Origin: Candidatus Bathyarchaeota archaeon
Lineage (GTDB): Archaea; Thermoproteota; Bathyarchaeia; TCS64
Length of the DNA: 64,000 nucleotides
Reading direction: 5' to 3'
Assembly: GCA_963780545.1 (NCBI GenBank)
Contig: CAWACK010000016.1
Span: 8,908 to 72,907 of the forward strand
The stretch's first letter is position 1. The number at the start of each line of letters is the position of its first letter. Shown here piece by piece: positions 9,707 through 20,356 of this stretch. Position numbers and translations under genes: made by a program. The notes under the pieces were generated by a model. The model saw only the letters and a program-made list of their open reading frames with translations, did not search any database and was not told the origin of the DNA.

Positions 9707-11134
9707 ATGGAGCCACCTCAGGAATTTCTATCTTCATTTAAACCAGCGGTCGATCTTTTCAAGTCACACGCTGATCAAGGGGATAATATTCGCATACTCA
9801 CCCATAACGACGCTGATGGTGTCGCCTCGGGTGGCATAATAAGCTGCGTAGCGAACCGGCTGGGGATTCCCTTCAAAACAACGGTGGAGAAGCGCCTCGA
9901 TGAGAAGATCCTTAGGAGCGTCGCGGAGGAAAAGCCACCTCTCGTTATTCTCACCGACTTCGGTTCGGGGTACCTTGACCTAGTTGGCAAGGTCCTCCTC
10001 GAAAATGACGTTATCCTCCTCGACCATCACATGCCCGTTGGCACGCAGTCGCAGAAGGTTATCCAAATTAATCCACTCCTTCATGATATTGACGGATCTC
10101 GGGACATCGCCGCCTCCGGTGTCTGTTACCTCTTCGCAATGCAGGTCAGTGAAAGGAACTTCGACCTCTCTCCCCTCGGCTTAGTCGGCGCCCTCGGCGA
10201 TCAGCAGGACAAAGGAGACAAAAAGAGTCTGAAAGGAGTCAATATACTCATCGAGGATGAAGCTGAGAAGAATGGGCTTCTCAGCAAGAGTATCGACCTG
10301 ATCTTCTACGGCCACGAGACCCGACCCGTAGCCCGAGCCATCGCCAGCACAACGACTCCTTTCATCCCCGGTCTCAGTGGAAGGGAGGACAGCTGTGTCG
10401 CCTTCCTCAACCACATCGGCATTTCACTTAAAACAGAGGAGAGACTGAGGAGCCTCAGCGACCTCGACGAGGAAGAAAAGCGAAAAATCTTCTCAGCCCT
10501 CAGCAGCCATATGGTGGCACAGGGTTGCAGCGCTGCCACGGTACACAATCTTATCGGTACAGTATATACCTTCACGAAGGAAGAGCCGACGACGCCCTTG
10601 CGTGACGGGCGTGAGTACTCAAGCCTCCTTAACGCCTGTGCTCGTATGAGGCGCCCCAGCATTGGGATCGGTATCTGCTTGGGCGACCGCGGCGAGGCTA
10701 TGCATGAGGCGGATCAGACCGTCGAAGAGTATAGGCGCCGTATAGGCGAATATCTTGACTGGGTCAGAACAGGGGATAGGATCAAGGAACTCAATAGTAT
10801 CTACATCCTCAATGCTGGCAAAGACATAGATGAGAACATAGTTGGTGTCGTCTCAAGTATTCTCCTCAGTCAGGGCATTTTGAAGGCCAATAAACCAATA
10901 GTCTCTGCAGCCAATAGCGATGATGGTACGGTTAAGATATCATCACGTATAGCGGAGGGCACTGCCTACATGGGGATCCACCTAGGTAAGATAATGCAAG
11001 AGGCCGCTGTTGAAGTAAATGGCACGGGGGGTGGTCACGATAACGCAGCCGGAGCCTTCATACCCCTGGGTCAAGAGGACGTGTTTATGAGAAGGGTAGA
11101 TGAGCTTGTCGCTAAACAATGGAGCAGAAGCTGA
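9707..11134 (+). CDS. DHH-family RecJ/Cdc45-like nuclease (GAN type)
   Basis: HNDADG, TDFG, LDHH and GGGH motifs; conserved rps15-RecJ-pcc1-rps3ae context. Confidence 0.88.
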   Translation: MEPPQEFLSSFKPAVDLFKSHADQGDNIRILTHNDADGVASGGIISCVANRLGIPFKTTVEKRLDEKILRSVAEEKPPLVILTDFGSGYLDLVGKVLLENDVILLDHHMPVGTQSQKVIQINPLLHDIDGSRDIAASGVCYLFAMQVSERNFDLSPLGLVGALGDQQDKGDKKSLKGVNILIEDEAEKNGLLSKSIDLIFYGHETRPVARAIASTTTPFIPGLSGREDSCVAFLNHIGISLKTEERLRSLSDLDEEEKRKIFSALSSHMVAQGCSAATVHNLIGTVYTFTKEEPTTPLRDGREYSSLLNACARMRRPSIGIGICLGDRGEAMHEADQTVEEYRRRIGEYLDWVRTGDRIKELNSIYILNAGKDIDENIVGVVSSILLSQGILKANKPIVSAANSDDGTVKISSRIAEGTAYMGIHLGKIMQEAAVEVNGTGGGHDNAAGAFIPLGQEDVFMRRVDELVAKQWSRS

Positions 11135-11363
11135 ACTCATTCTGAAGTATCCTAACGAGAAGACGGCTAAGGCAGTTGCCGAGGCAGTCAATCCCGACAA
11201 CATCCAGGCACCAGAAGGGCTAAAGTTAGTTGTCAATAGGAAAAGGGATGAACTCAACATCAAGGTCAGATGTTCAAAGGGTGTTGGCAGCCTCCTCTCC
11301 ACCCTTGACGATCTCCTAAGTTGCCTCAGCGCCGCAGAGAAGGCGCTGAACGGCCTCCAATAG
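11100..11363 (+). CDS. pcc1: KEOPS subunit Pcc1
   Basis: A.AV.PDN...SLLSTLDDLL pattern and gene context; start codon uncertain. Confidence 0.82.
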   Translation: MSLSLNNGAEAELILKYPNEKTAKAVAEAVNPDNIQAPEGLKLVVNRKRDELNIKVRCSKGVGSLLSTLDDLLSCLSAAEKALNGLQ

Positions 11364-11440
11364 TTCCATCTTTTTTAGAGAAAGGTATAAATTAGCGCCG
11401 AGGATGTTCATGGTGCTGAAAATAGGAGAGATTCAAACGC

Positions 11441-12040
11441 TTGTCTAAGGCCGTCAAGGATAAATGGCGCAGGAAGGAGTGGTTCGATATCATTCTCCCA
11501 CGATACTTCGGCGAGACAAAGGTCGGTGAGACCCCCGCCGAGGAGGGAAAGCTCCTCCAGGGCCGCGTCTTCGAGACCACACTCGCACAGATCACGGGCG
11601 ACTTCAGCCAGGAGTACATAAAAATGTACTTCCAGGTTACGGGTGTCGACGAGCACAAAGCACAGACAATCTTCAAGGGTCACGAGTACCTCCGCGATTA
11701 CCTAAGAAGTCTCGTTCGCCGTAGGAGCACTAAGGTAGATGGGATATTCCGTCTCACCACTACTGATGGCTATAAAGTCAAGATAATTGTCACCGCGATG
11801 ACACAGGTTCGCATTAAAACTAGCCAAGAGCACGAGATTCGTGTAATCATGAAGACTATAGTCGAAGAGAAGGCGAAGACCCTCACATTCGATCAGATCG
11901 CTCACGAGATGGTTCTCGGTAAGCTAGCCTCCGATGTCTACAACCAGGCGAAGAACGTAACGGCGCTCCGCCATGTAGGTGTCAGAAAGAGCGAACTCAT
12001 CGCAGCACCCATCACAAACCCCGAAGCCCCAGTAGCTTAA
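11441..12040 (+). CDS. rps3ae: 30S ribosomal protein S3Ae (eS1)
   Basis: KDKWRRKEWF, GRVFETTL, GHEY.RDYLRSLVRRR. Confidence 0.95.
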   Translation: MSKAVKDKWRRKEWFDIILPRYFGETKVGETPAEEGKLLQGRVFETTLAQITGDFSQEYIKMYFQVTGVDEHKAQTIFKGHEYLRDYLRSLVRRRSTKVDGIFRLTTTDGYKVKIIVTAMTQVRIKTSQEHEIRVIMKTIVEEKAKTLTFDQIAHEMVLGKLASDVYNQAKNVTALRHVGVRKSELIAAPITNPEAPVA

Positions 12041-12238
12041 AAAAGAGCCGATTTTTCAAGAGTTGGAAAGATTCTCTCCAAATCTAAAAATCCGAGGAAG
12101 ACCTAAAGAGGGGGAGATACTCGAAAGGAGTGTTTTTCGATCACCATTCGAAAAAATGGCTCGCTTAGAACGGTGGATCGAGATCATTAACGTGAAAAAA
12201 ATATCTAAAAGATGTTGAAAAGTTGCGTGTTAATGAAT

Positions 12239-15154
12239 CTAGGCGACATAGATTGCGGGCCTGTAAGGTTTAGCGCGTCCAGCCCTCTTCGCCGGGTCCT
12301 CGATCCAAGGATCGCTCTCCCCCGAGACCGTGATGTCACAGCCGAACTCCGCTCGCAAGAACCTCTCAGCATCCTGGAGTAACTTCGTCTCGTTGACGAA
12401 CCCCATCTCCCTGCGGAGTTTTAGGACCTTCTCCGGAATCTTCTTGACCTCCTCTACGAGGGTTCGGGCGTAAGCTGGGACCTCCTTCTGCTTCATCCTC
12501 ATCTCCTCATCCTTGAAGGCCTCACGGATCAGAGTGCTGACGTCGATGTTCCCTTTTGCCTGCATCTCCATCGCCTTCTCTAGCATCTTCCACTTCCAGT
12601 TGTCAGCCGTATAGAAGTGGACAGTTTCAGGCTTTATGCCAGTGACCCTGGTGATGTTAGAGACATCCTCAGTACATGTTTTAATGATAGTCTCCAGTTC
12701 CTCCGCATCCTCCCTGATGAGGGCACCGTCGACCTCCGGCCAAGGCGCGAACGCAACGAAGCCCTCGCCACCCATCTGCTCCCAAATCTCATCACATATA
12801 TGTGGCGTGAAGGGAGAGAGCATTCTGACTTGGGTGTTCAGCACCGTCCACTCGACGTGGTTAATTGCCTTCTTCCTCTCCGAATGGTCGCGGTCAAAGG
12901 CTACCCTCTTCAAGTACCAGTCGAGGTCGCCCTCAAGGTCGTAGGTAGTAGCGTGGATTGTCTTCCTAACACGTAGTTCGTGCATCGCCTCATTCGCATC
13001 GCTGATGTGGCCCTGTAGCCTACTCAGCATCCATAGGTCGATCTCTTGAAGCTCGTAGTCATCGTCTTGCTTCTCAGAGATGATCTTCTGGGCGCGAGCA
13101 TAGAATCTCTCTAGCATTTCCCCCATACTCTTCGCTAGGTCGGGGCTGAAGTCCGCATCTTTGAGAGGCTCCGCCGTGATCATGAGGCTGATTCGAAGCG
13201 GGTCCGCACCGAAGCGGTCTATTGCGTTAACGAGAGGGATGATATTATTCATGCTTTTACTCATCTTTGCCCCCTCCATCAATACGGAGCCGTTGACGAA
13301 GATACCCTGTGGCCAGAACTCTCGTCCCCAGATTGCGTCGTGGATAAAGATCATAAATGTTAGGTGGTTCGGAATAAGGTCCCTACCGCTGTGACGGGCG
13401 TCCAACGGATAGAAGTAGCTGAATTCATTCCGCAGCTCCTCCACCTTCTCCATCGGTATCTCCGTCGTGGCCTCGACCTTCACAGCTGACCCTATTCCGA
13501 GGAAGATGTAGTCCCAGAACGCCTCGGTTAGCTGCTCGGGCCTCGGCTTAAGCTCGTTTAGTCCCTTAACGACTGTGTAGTAGGCCATGTAGATCGTCGA
13601 ATCGCTTAGAGACTCGATGATCCAATCCGGCGCCCAGGGTAGACGCGTACCCATCCCTGCCTTCCGGGCACAGGCCTTCGCCTTCAGCCAATCCACGACG
13701 TTGAAGAACTCTTGCCTCAATTCTGGGGGTACGATCTCCATCTCCTCAATATTTTCCCTGGCAAGCTTCTTCCATGCCTCATCACCATAGTTGATGAACC
13801 ACTGGTTCTCGAAGATCTTTACGACGATCTCGGTTCCACAGCGGCACTCGACAGGCTCCATCATCTCGTACATCGTGGTGGCGTTACCAGCAGCTATAAG
13901 GTCCTGCTTGACCGCCTCCTTGGCAACTTGGACGTTTAGTCCCACATATTGGCCAGTGTTTCCCCTCATCTTGCCGCCGTGGAACTCGTCACTGTAGATC
14001 TCCTTCGTTGCCTTCTCAAGATCGGGGCTATTTTGATCGGTGATCCTCATCTTCTTCACGATGTAGACTGCCGGCGAATCTCCGTAGCCGGGGAGCTCTA
14101 TGACGCTTATCGGCTCAAGCTTAGAGACGTCGCTGGGTTTGACCTTGTAGGCCTCGGGGTTAGCCTTGATGTCATTTTTCAGCTGCTCCAGCGCGACGTA
14201 GTCGAATGGGGCATGAGCAGGCACCGACATGACAACTCCGGTGGCGTTCTTCGGATCGACGAAGGGTGCCGGCAGAATTGGTAGCTCCTTTCCCGTCGCT
14301 GGATTCGTTAGAGTCTGTCCGATGAGTCTCGATCCCTGGAACTCGGATGTAACTGAGATCTTGTGTCCCAGCATCTTTAGCTTCGACGCAGCCTCGGCGC
14401 TAACTATCCAGATCTCTCCATCCACATCTGCCTCGACGTAAACTGCGTCGGGGTTGAGCCACATGTTAGTGACACCGTAGACCGTCTCTGGACGTAGCGT
14501 CGCCGCTGGGAAGACTGTGTCCCCTTTCCTGAACTTGATCAACGTGAATTCCTCAATCTCAGGCTCCTTGTCGCCAATGGTGTCGTGTTGTCCCACAGGG
14601 TTACCGCAGTGAGGGCACCAGCCGACGGGGTGGCTTCCCTGCGTGATGTACCCTTTTTGCCGCAGCTTTGCGAACTGCCACTCAATGAATTTATGATAGT
14701 AGTCGTCGACGGTGGTGAAAGTGCGCCTCCAATCGATGCTGTAGCCTATTTTCTTCATCCCGGTTTTAATTTCGTTGGCGAAGTACGTCGCCATCGACAC
14801 GGGATCCTCTAGCTGATGCAGCTTTGACTCGGGTATCCCGTAGAGGTTGAGGAAGGTATCTATGAGGCTTGGGTCTTTCTCTTTGAGCCGCTCTACCATA
14901 GCGAAGAGAGGAGTTCCCGTAAAGTGCCATGCCATGGGTAGGAGAACATTGTATCCCCTCATCCTCATGTACCTTGCATGCACATCTGTGAGAGTGTACG
15001 TCCTCCCGTGGCCGATATGCTGCGGCGAGTTCGGATATGGATAGGCGACGGTCAGGTAGTACTTTGGCTTCTCCATGTCGGGGTCAGTCTCGAAGGCCGC
15101 GGCCTCCGCCCAGCGCCCCTGCCACTTCGTCTCTAAGCTCTTCCAGTCAACCAT
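12239..15154 (-). CDS. leuS: Leucine--tRNA ligase (archaeal type)
   Basis: YPYPNSPQHIGH, ATLRPET, ESLSDSTIY, KMSKS. Confidence 0.96.
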   Translation of the reverse strand: MVDWKSLETKWQGRWAEAAAFETDPDMEKPKYYLTVAYPYPNSPQHIGHGRTYTLTDVHARYMRMRGYNVLLPMAWHFTGTPLFAMVERLKEKDPSLIDTFLNLYGIPESKLHQLEDPVSMATYFANEIKTGMKKIGYSIDWRRTFTTVDDYYHKFIEWQFAKLRQKGYITQGSHPVGWCPHCGNPVGQHDTIGDKEPEIEEFTLIKFRKGDTVFPAATLRPETVYGVTNMWLNPDAVYVEADVDGEIWIVSAEAASKLKMLGHKISVTSEFQGSRLIGQTLTNPATGKELPILPAPFVDPKNATGVVMSVPAHAPFDYVALEQLKNDIKANPEAYKVKPSDVSKLEPISVIELPGYGDSPAVYIVKKMRITDQNSPDLEKATKEIYSDEFHGGKMRGNTGQYVGLNVQVAKEAVKQDLIAAGNATTMYEMMEPVECRCGTEIVVKIFENQWFINYGDEAWKKLARENIEEMEIVPPELRQEFFNVVDWLKAKACARKAGMGTRLPWAPDWIIESLSDSTIYMAYYTVVKGLNELKPRPEQLTEAFWDYIFLGIGSAVKVEATTEIPMEKVEELRNEFSYFYPLDARHSGRDLIPNHLTFMIFIHDAIWGREFWPQGIFVNGSVLMEGAKMSKSMNNIIPLVNAIDRFGADPLRISLMITAEPLKDADFSPDLAKSMGEMLERFYARAQKIISEKQDDDYELQEIDLWMLSRLQGHISDANEAMHELRVRKTIHATTYDLEGDLDWYLKRVAFDRDHSERKKAINHVEWTVLNTQVRMLSPFTPHICDEIWEQMGGEGFVAFAPWPEVDGALIREDAEELETIIKTCTEDVSNITRVTGIKPETVHFYTADNWKWKMLEKAMEMQAKGNIDVSTLIREAFKDEEMRMKQKEVPAYARTLVEEVKKIPEKVLKLRREMGFVNETKLLQDAERFLRAEFGCDITVSGESDPWIEDPAKRAGRAKPYRPAIYVA

Positions 15155-15233
15155 ACGGAGTAACCACTATCCTTGATGTTCACTAAGCGGCTTTGAGAAT
15201 AAAGGTTATGAGCAAAAAGGATTGCGCAATCAA

Positions 15234-17954
15234 TCAGCGGAGCTGGGATACTAGTGTTTTCCTGATGTAGGGTACAACCGCCTTAAACTTGGCGGCGTCC
15301 CCACCGCCGCCTTGGGCGAAGTGCTGCTGTCCCCCGCCGCTGCCGCCTAACGTCTTGGCAATCTCCTGGATTAGCCTCCCCGCATGAGCTCCTCTCGCCT
15401 GCGCTCCGTCGCTGACTTTAATGGCGATCCTTTTTTCAGTTTCACTGTACATCACCGAGACGAATAGTCTCTCTTTATCGGCGAGGGCGTTACCGACCTC
15501 GATAAGGTACTCGGTGGCGACCTTGTCGCTATAGATGATGAGCTTTACACCCTCGACATCATCTGCTGAGGCGAGGAGTTGTGCAGCTTTCTCACGGCTA
15601 GTAGCGAGCCTAATTGAGTCTAGCTGATCGCGTAGCTGCTTCACTATGGTTAGGTTATTGGTTATACTCTCCTTGATCTTATCCATGGGGCTTCCAAGAA
15701 TCTCTGCAGAGTCAAGTAAGAGCGCCTCGCGCCTCTGTACCTCCGCCAACGCATAAGGACCTACAGCGAACGTGATCCTCTCTATTCCATCTTGAATGCG
15801 CTCTGTGCCTACAATCTTGATTAAGCCAGCCTCATATGTATTGGCTAAGTGGGTTCCTCCGCATGCCTCTACGTCCCATTCGCCCATATCGACTACCCTG
15901 ATCTCCTTACCAGGTACCGCACCGCCTTGATAGAGCCGAAAACCATATTGGGCTTCAGCCTGATCGCGTTGCATCCACTTGCAAGTAACCGGTCGCCCCT
16001 CGCGGACTACCATGTTGGCGAGTTGCTCTATTTTCTCGACTTGCTCTCGAGTGAGTCGAGCGAAGTGACTTATATCTACTCGGCTCCTCTCGACGCCTTT
16101 ACTGGCGCCGGCCTGCCAAGCATGTTCGCCGAGAATACGACGTGCAGAGCCGATGATTATATGTGTCGAGGTATGCGCCCTCATCAGAGCCAGTCTACGG
16201 TCCCAGTCGACCACTCCATGGACAATATCTTCCTTCTTCAGGGTCGAAGATTTAATCTTGTGAAGTATGATCCCGTCAATATTCTGGACGTCCAATACCT
16301 CATAGGTATTACCTTGGTAGATGATCTTACCCTGATCACCGATCTGGCCGCCACCCTCAGCGTAGAAAGCCGTCTGATTAAGAATGATACAATCATCGAC
16401 GATATCGATGACCTTAGCATCGAATTCTTTAAGATAGGGGTTCTCATAGAAGAGGCGACGAGTCTTCTCCATCTTCTCGACTCTGTGGGAGATCTCCGCC
16501 TCCTTAGAGTCGACGACTTTGGGTGTCGCCTTCATATGCTTCCTACCGACAAGCGTATAGAAGTCGCCGGGAACCCTGACCAGTACCCCCTCCCGATCCG
16601 CAACCTCGCTTACATCTTCGGGGGTTAAGCCATGGCTATCGTAAAAGTCGATAAGTTGTTCCATGGGAACTGTTTTGTTCTTTATGAGGTAGCGTTTGAT
16701 GAGATCGTTTCCCCTCATGAGGGTGTCCTTGTATTTCTCGCCTTCGACTTTAATCATCTCGTTGATCTCGCTCCGCATCCTTTTGAGTTGCGGATAATCG
16801 TCACCCCAGTAGTCGACTTGGGCGTCGATGAGGTCAGGCAACTTATTCTCGATACCTGAGCGGCGCAGGAGCCTGTAGGCACGACGGTAGAGCATTCTGA
16901 CAAGATATCCCTCCTTGACATTGCTAGGGACTACCCCCTCACTAAGAATGAAAGCTATTGCCTTCGTATGGTCTAACGCAGCATAAATGCCCTCAACCGG
17001 GTTGAGTACTTTCTCGACCTCAGTGGGGTCGAGTCCAAGCTCTCTTGCTCTCTTGGCTTGCTCCTCAACCTTGTGGTTCAGGTCGACAAGGTAGCTATGT
17101 GTTGCCATGTCACCGAGAAGCTTTTCGTCGGGCATGATTCCCGCCCAGTTGAAAGTCTTTTTCAGGAGAGGTCCATATACGGCGTGTACACCACTTGGCG
17201 TTCCCTGGCTGAGCCAAGTCCACCTCTCGATGCCGTACCCTGTATCCACAACTCTAACGGGCATCGGCTCGAGCTTCTCACCGATTACCCTGTACATCAT
17301 GAAGACAAGTGTACTAATTTCGAGACCGTTGACTGTCCCCTCTAAGTCGAAACCGGCATTCCCGCCTCCCGACCAAAGCCCCTCCTTGTACTTCACAAGG
17401 TCGCTCTTAACCCCAAGATCATTTGTGAGGAGTTCGTGGTGTAGTGAGACTGTCTCATTTTTCCAATATATCTCTCTCTGGCCCCTATAGTTGAAGGCAT
17501 GGTGGCCCCCCATTTCGAATATCGTTCCGTGCCTACCTGCGGTGACCCCGACCAAGTCGACATCCTCAAACCTCAAGCAAGGTTGGCTCACTACAAGTGG
17601 GTTAGCGGGTGGGGGTAGTATTCCCTCGGTGACGTAAGGCTGAAAGTCTATTATGCTTGCTATAGTGAACATAAGGTCGTCTCGCCAACGTGCCACCACA
17701 GGGTAGGGAGCAACCCTCTTGTGACCGTGACGCTCAAAGAAACTGAGGAATTTCTCCCTCATCTCAGAGTAGGTATATTTCCGATTAATCGGCGAATGAC
17801 CAATAAATGAATAATCAATGCAAGGCGCGTCGCCACAATGCTGGGATTCGAGGTCCATAGTCCAATAGTAGTTGCCGCAACTCGGGCAGAGCTTGCGGAC
17901 GAAGCCGTTCTCCTTGAAAAATGGAAGATCAAACTCCTCTCGTGATATCTGCAA
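15234..17954 (-). CDS. alaS: Alanine--tRNA ligase (archaeal type)
   Basis: YPVVARWRDD, FEM.GHHAFN, DTGYGIER, HTSTH and CGGTH editing motifs, GGSGGG...AQGGG. Confidence 0.96.
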   Translation of the reverse strand: MQISREEFDLPFFKENGFVRKLCPSCGNYYWTMDLESQHCGDAPCIDYSFIGHSPINRKYTYSEMREKFLSFFERHGHKRVAPYPVVARWRDDLMFTIASIIDFQPYVTEGILPPPANPLVVSQPCLRFEDVDLVGVTAGRHGTIFEMGGHHAFNYRGQREIYWKNETVSLHHELLTNDLGVKSDLVKYKEGLWSGGGNAGFDLEGTVNGLEISTLVFMMYRVIGEKLEPMPVRVVDTGYGIERWTWLSQGTPSGVHAVYGPLLKKTFNWAGIMPDEKLLGDMATHSYLVDLNHKVEEQAKRARELGLDPTEVEKVLNPVEGIYAALDHTKAIAFILSEGVVPSNVKEGYLVRMLYRRAYRLLRRSGIENKLPDLIDAQVDYWGDDYPQLKRMRSEINEMIKVEGEKYKDTLMRGNDLIKRYLIKNKTVPMEQLIDFYDSHGLTPEDVSEVADREGVLVRVPGDFYTLVGRKHMKATPKVVDSKEAEISHRVEKMEKTRRLFYENPYLKEFDAKVIDIVDDCIILNQTAFYAEGGGQIGDQGKIIYQGNTYEVLDVQNIDGIILHKIKSSTLKKEDIVHGVVDWDRRLALMRAHTSTHIIIGSARRILGEHAWQAGASKGVERSRVDISHFARLTREQVEKIEQLANMVVREGRPVTCKWMQRDQAEAQYGFRLYQGGAVPGKEIRVVDMGEWDVEACGGTHLANTYEAGLIKIVGTERIQDGIERITFAVGPYALAEVQRREALLLDSAEILGSPMDKIKESITNNLTIVKQLRDQLDSIRLATSREKAAQLLASADDVEGVKLIIYSDKVATEYLIEVGNALADKERLFVSVMYSETEKRIAIKVSDGAQARGAHAGRLIQEIAKTLGGSGGGQQHFAQGGGGDAAKFKAVVPYIRKTLVSQLR

Positions 17955-18010
17955 GATGCTCAGACTCTGGAAACTGGAATAGGGGAAGAAATAGAATAAG
18001 GTTTAGGAGA

Positions 18011-18316
18011 TTAACCGAAGAGAGCGCCGAGACCTTGAAGGTCCTCTTCCTTCTTTTCCTCAACTTTCGGCTTCTCAGCTGCCTTCTTCTCCTCCTTCAC
18101 CTCAACAGCGGGGGTAACTGGAGCTGCAGCAGCGGCGAAGACTGGCGCTTTCAAAGCCTCATCGATGTTGACCTCAGCGAGGGCGGCGACGAGAGCCTTG
18201 ACGCGTACACCGTCGGCTTGGACACCGGCGGCTGCAAGTATGGCGGTGACCGCCTCCTCTGTGATGGGCTTTTTAGCGCTGTGGAGAAGCATAGCGGCAT
18301 ACATGTATTCCATCAA
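18011..18316 (-). CDS. rpl12: 50S ribosomal stalk protein P1/L12
   Basis: [11 protein letters not shown]...[12 protein letters not shown]; GAGGTG SD and ATTAAAAG TATA-like box upstream. Confidence 0.96.
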   Translation of the reverse strand: MMEYMYAAMLLHSAKKPITEEAVTAILAAAGVQADGVRVKALVAALAEVNIDEALKAPVFAAAAAPVTPAVEVKEEKKAAEKPKVEEKKEEDLQGLGALFG

Positions 18317-18479
18317 TTACACCTCAATTTCCTATTCTGGAACTGCTAGTGAAAAGCAGGGAGATGCTTTTAATCTTTCCTATCAGGATCAACATGAAAT
18401 GTTTAATACCGATTATTTTTAGGAAACATCGATAGATATGGTGAAGAGGATCAACAGAATCTTTTGAAAAACTCTCCTC

Positions 18480-18652
18480 CGAATCGACGCGCGTGAGGGC
18501 TTGTGAATTGGATAGTCACCAACTATGGCTGGGCGAGGGACACTGCTTACATGTTTCCTAGTCTAACCGCTAGGGCTAGGATAGCACAAATAGTCGATCC
18601 ACTCTACACCGTAGTAGCCAAGTTACCGAAGAAGTACTTGAATGGTGAATAA
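18480..18652 (+). pseudogene. C-terminal remnant of an acetamidase/formamidase-family gene
   Basis: Frame 18500-18652 reads LVNWIVTNYGWARDTAYMFPSLTARARIAQIVDPLYTVVAKLPKKYL*; the N-terminal bulk of the gene is absent. Confidence 0.55.
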
Positions 18653-18653
18653 G

Positions 18654-18944
18654 ATGGAGAGCAAGTGCCCAAAATGCGGAGGGAGTATGGTGGAGGGTGA
18701 GATACATTTTGACACCGACGCCATTATGCCAAATCAGATGAACTCTTACATGGCGGGGATACCTAGCAGCCCTATTCCGAGCGTCTACCAATCCTCAACA
18801 AGCAAGCCCTATTGGGAAGAGAAGACTGGTAGGAAAACTGGTTTCATCCTTAAGAGCGATGAGAAGAGAACGCTCAAGATCAAAGGTTCCCGATGCAGCC
18901 TCTGTGGATACGTCGAGCTATATGCTATAGACAAACGTGAGTAA
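18654..18944 (+). CDS. Small zinc-ribbon protein (PF20097-like)
   Basis: KCPKCGGSMVEG...RCSLCGYVELYA. Confidence 0.7.
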   Translation: MESKCPKCGGSMVEGEIHFDTDAIMPNQMNSYMAGIPSSPIPSVYQSSTSKPYWEEKTGRKTGFILKSDEKRTLKIKGSRCSLCGYVELYAIDKRE

Positions 18945-19382
18945 CTTACCTACCCCTACCGAGAAACAATGATCCATAAAAGCAACTTCCACTCAACAGG
19001 TCGCACACACGCTAACCATTGACGGGCATTCTTTCTATCAGTTTACATGTTAGAATGCCCTAATCTCATCAACTTGCTTTCTAAACATCATGGTTGACGT
19101 CGCAGAAATACATGAAGAGCTCCAACATAGAAGTCGCATATCGAACCGGGATTTTTAGAACTCTTTCATGGCTCCATCCCTAAATCGTTTCTCATTATGA
19201 CTCTTTTTTTCCGCTCCGTAAATTGATCTCATCACGCTATTGCCCTTTATAGAAGTGGAACCACTCGGCTAAACCTTTAAATTTGGAGGGCGTGGTTAAC
19301 AGTTGCTAAAAAGCGGGGAAGGGCACACGTATATATGCTGGAACCCGCACCGATAGAGTAGCATCTGGGAAAAGGAAACGAG

Positions 19383-19838
19383 ATGACGACCGCTTACGAC
19401 GTGCCTGCAGACGTACTAATAGGGAAACTAAGTAGCTACATCAAGGAAAACATCAAAGAAGTCAATCCGCCCGAGTGGTCCGCTCACGTTAAGACGGGCA
19501 GCCACGTCGAGAGAGTGCCACAGGAACCAGACTGGTGGTACGTCAGAACCGCCTCACTACTAAGGAAGCTCTATTTCAATGGACCCGTCGGGGTTCAGAG
19601 GCTGAGAAAGGAGTATGGCGGACGCAAAAGGAAGGGTAACGCCCCCGGTCACCATAGAAAGTCCGGCGGCAGCATCATTCGCATCTCACTCCAGCAGCTC
19701 GAGAAGGCAGGGCTAGTAGACAAGGTCGAGAAGTCCGGCCGTACAGTCAGCAAGAAAGGACGTAGCCTTCTCGACGCGATGTCGACCCAGATAAAAAAGG
19801 ACCTGGACAGGGAGAAGCCAGAGTTAAAGGTATACTAG
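19383..19838 (+). CDS. rps19e: 30S ribosomal protein S19e
   Basis: YDVPAD, PEWS..VKTG, DWWYVRTAS, GSIIR..LQQLEKAG. Confidence 0.96.
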   Translation: MTTAYDVPADVLIGKLSSYIKENIKEVNPPEWSAHVKTGSHVERVPQEPDWWYVRTASLLRKLYFNGPVGVQRLRKEYGGRKRKGNAPGHHRKSGGSIIRISLQQLEKAGLVDKVEKSGRTVSKKGRSLLDAMSTQIKKDLDREKPELKVY

Positions 19839-19850
19839 GCGGGGACGCCA

Positions 19851-20189
19851 ATGTCGTCGGACGAGGAGCTTGAGCGACTAAAAGCCCAGCGAATGGCCGA
19901 GCTTCAGGCCCGGCAACAGCAGGGCGTAGAGCAGCAGCGTGCAGCGGCTGAGGCTGAAGCCCAGAAGCAGGCGCTAATGCGTAGGCTTCTGACGCCCGAG
20001 GCACGGCAGAGACTCACAAACATAAAGATGGTACGCCCCGAGTTCGGACAACAGCTCGAACATGAGCTCATCCAGCTGGCCCAGGCCGGAAGGGTACCCC
20101 TCCCCATAACGGACGAACAGCTGAAGAAGCTACTCGTCCAGATAGAGGGACAGCAGCAGAAAAGGGACATAACTATAAGGAGACTGTAG
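19851..20189 (+). CDS. PDCD5-like DNA-binding protein
   Basis: [24 protein letters not shown]; conserved context. Confidence 0.9.
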   Translation: MSSDEELERLKAQRMAELQARQQQGVEQQRAAAEAEAQKQALMRRLLTPEARQRLTNIKMVRPEFGQQLEHELIQLAQAGRVPLPITDEQLKKLLVQIEGQQQKRDITIRRL

Positions 20190-20191
20190 CG

Positions 20192-20350
20192 ATGGCAAGA
20201 AACAAACCGCTGGCGTACAAACTTCGTCTAATAAAGGCGGGAAAGTCGAGCAAGTCTGTGCCTGCGTGGATAATAGCGAAGACCAATGGTAAGGTACGTT
20301 GGAGCCCCAAGAGTGTACGTGCCTGGCGCACTAGGAAACTCAAGGACTGA
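20192..20350 (+). CDS. rpl39e: 50S ribosomal protein L39e (not in ORF track)
   Basis: Manual translation [52 protein letters not shown]. Confidence 0.92.
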   Translation: MARNKPLAYKLRLIKAGKSSKSVPAWIIAKTNGKVRWSPKSVRAWRTRKLKD

Positions 20351-20356
20351 TGAGAC

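Noticed and set aside
15849-16628. Long antisense ORFs (also 28708-29556 and 52545-53204)
   Set aside because: Shadows of well-supported genes on the opposite strand, with no motifs
19024-19060. 9-bp inverted repeat GGGCATTCT/AGAATGCCC
   Set aside because: Isolated, with no second copy, flanking duplication or ACA/K-turn context; may be chance
19313-19348. Archaeal SECIS-like hairpin
   Set aside because: It lies in a 5' leader and no gene with an in-frame UGA at a Cys position was found nearby
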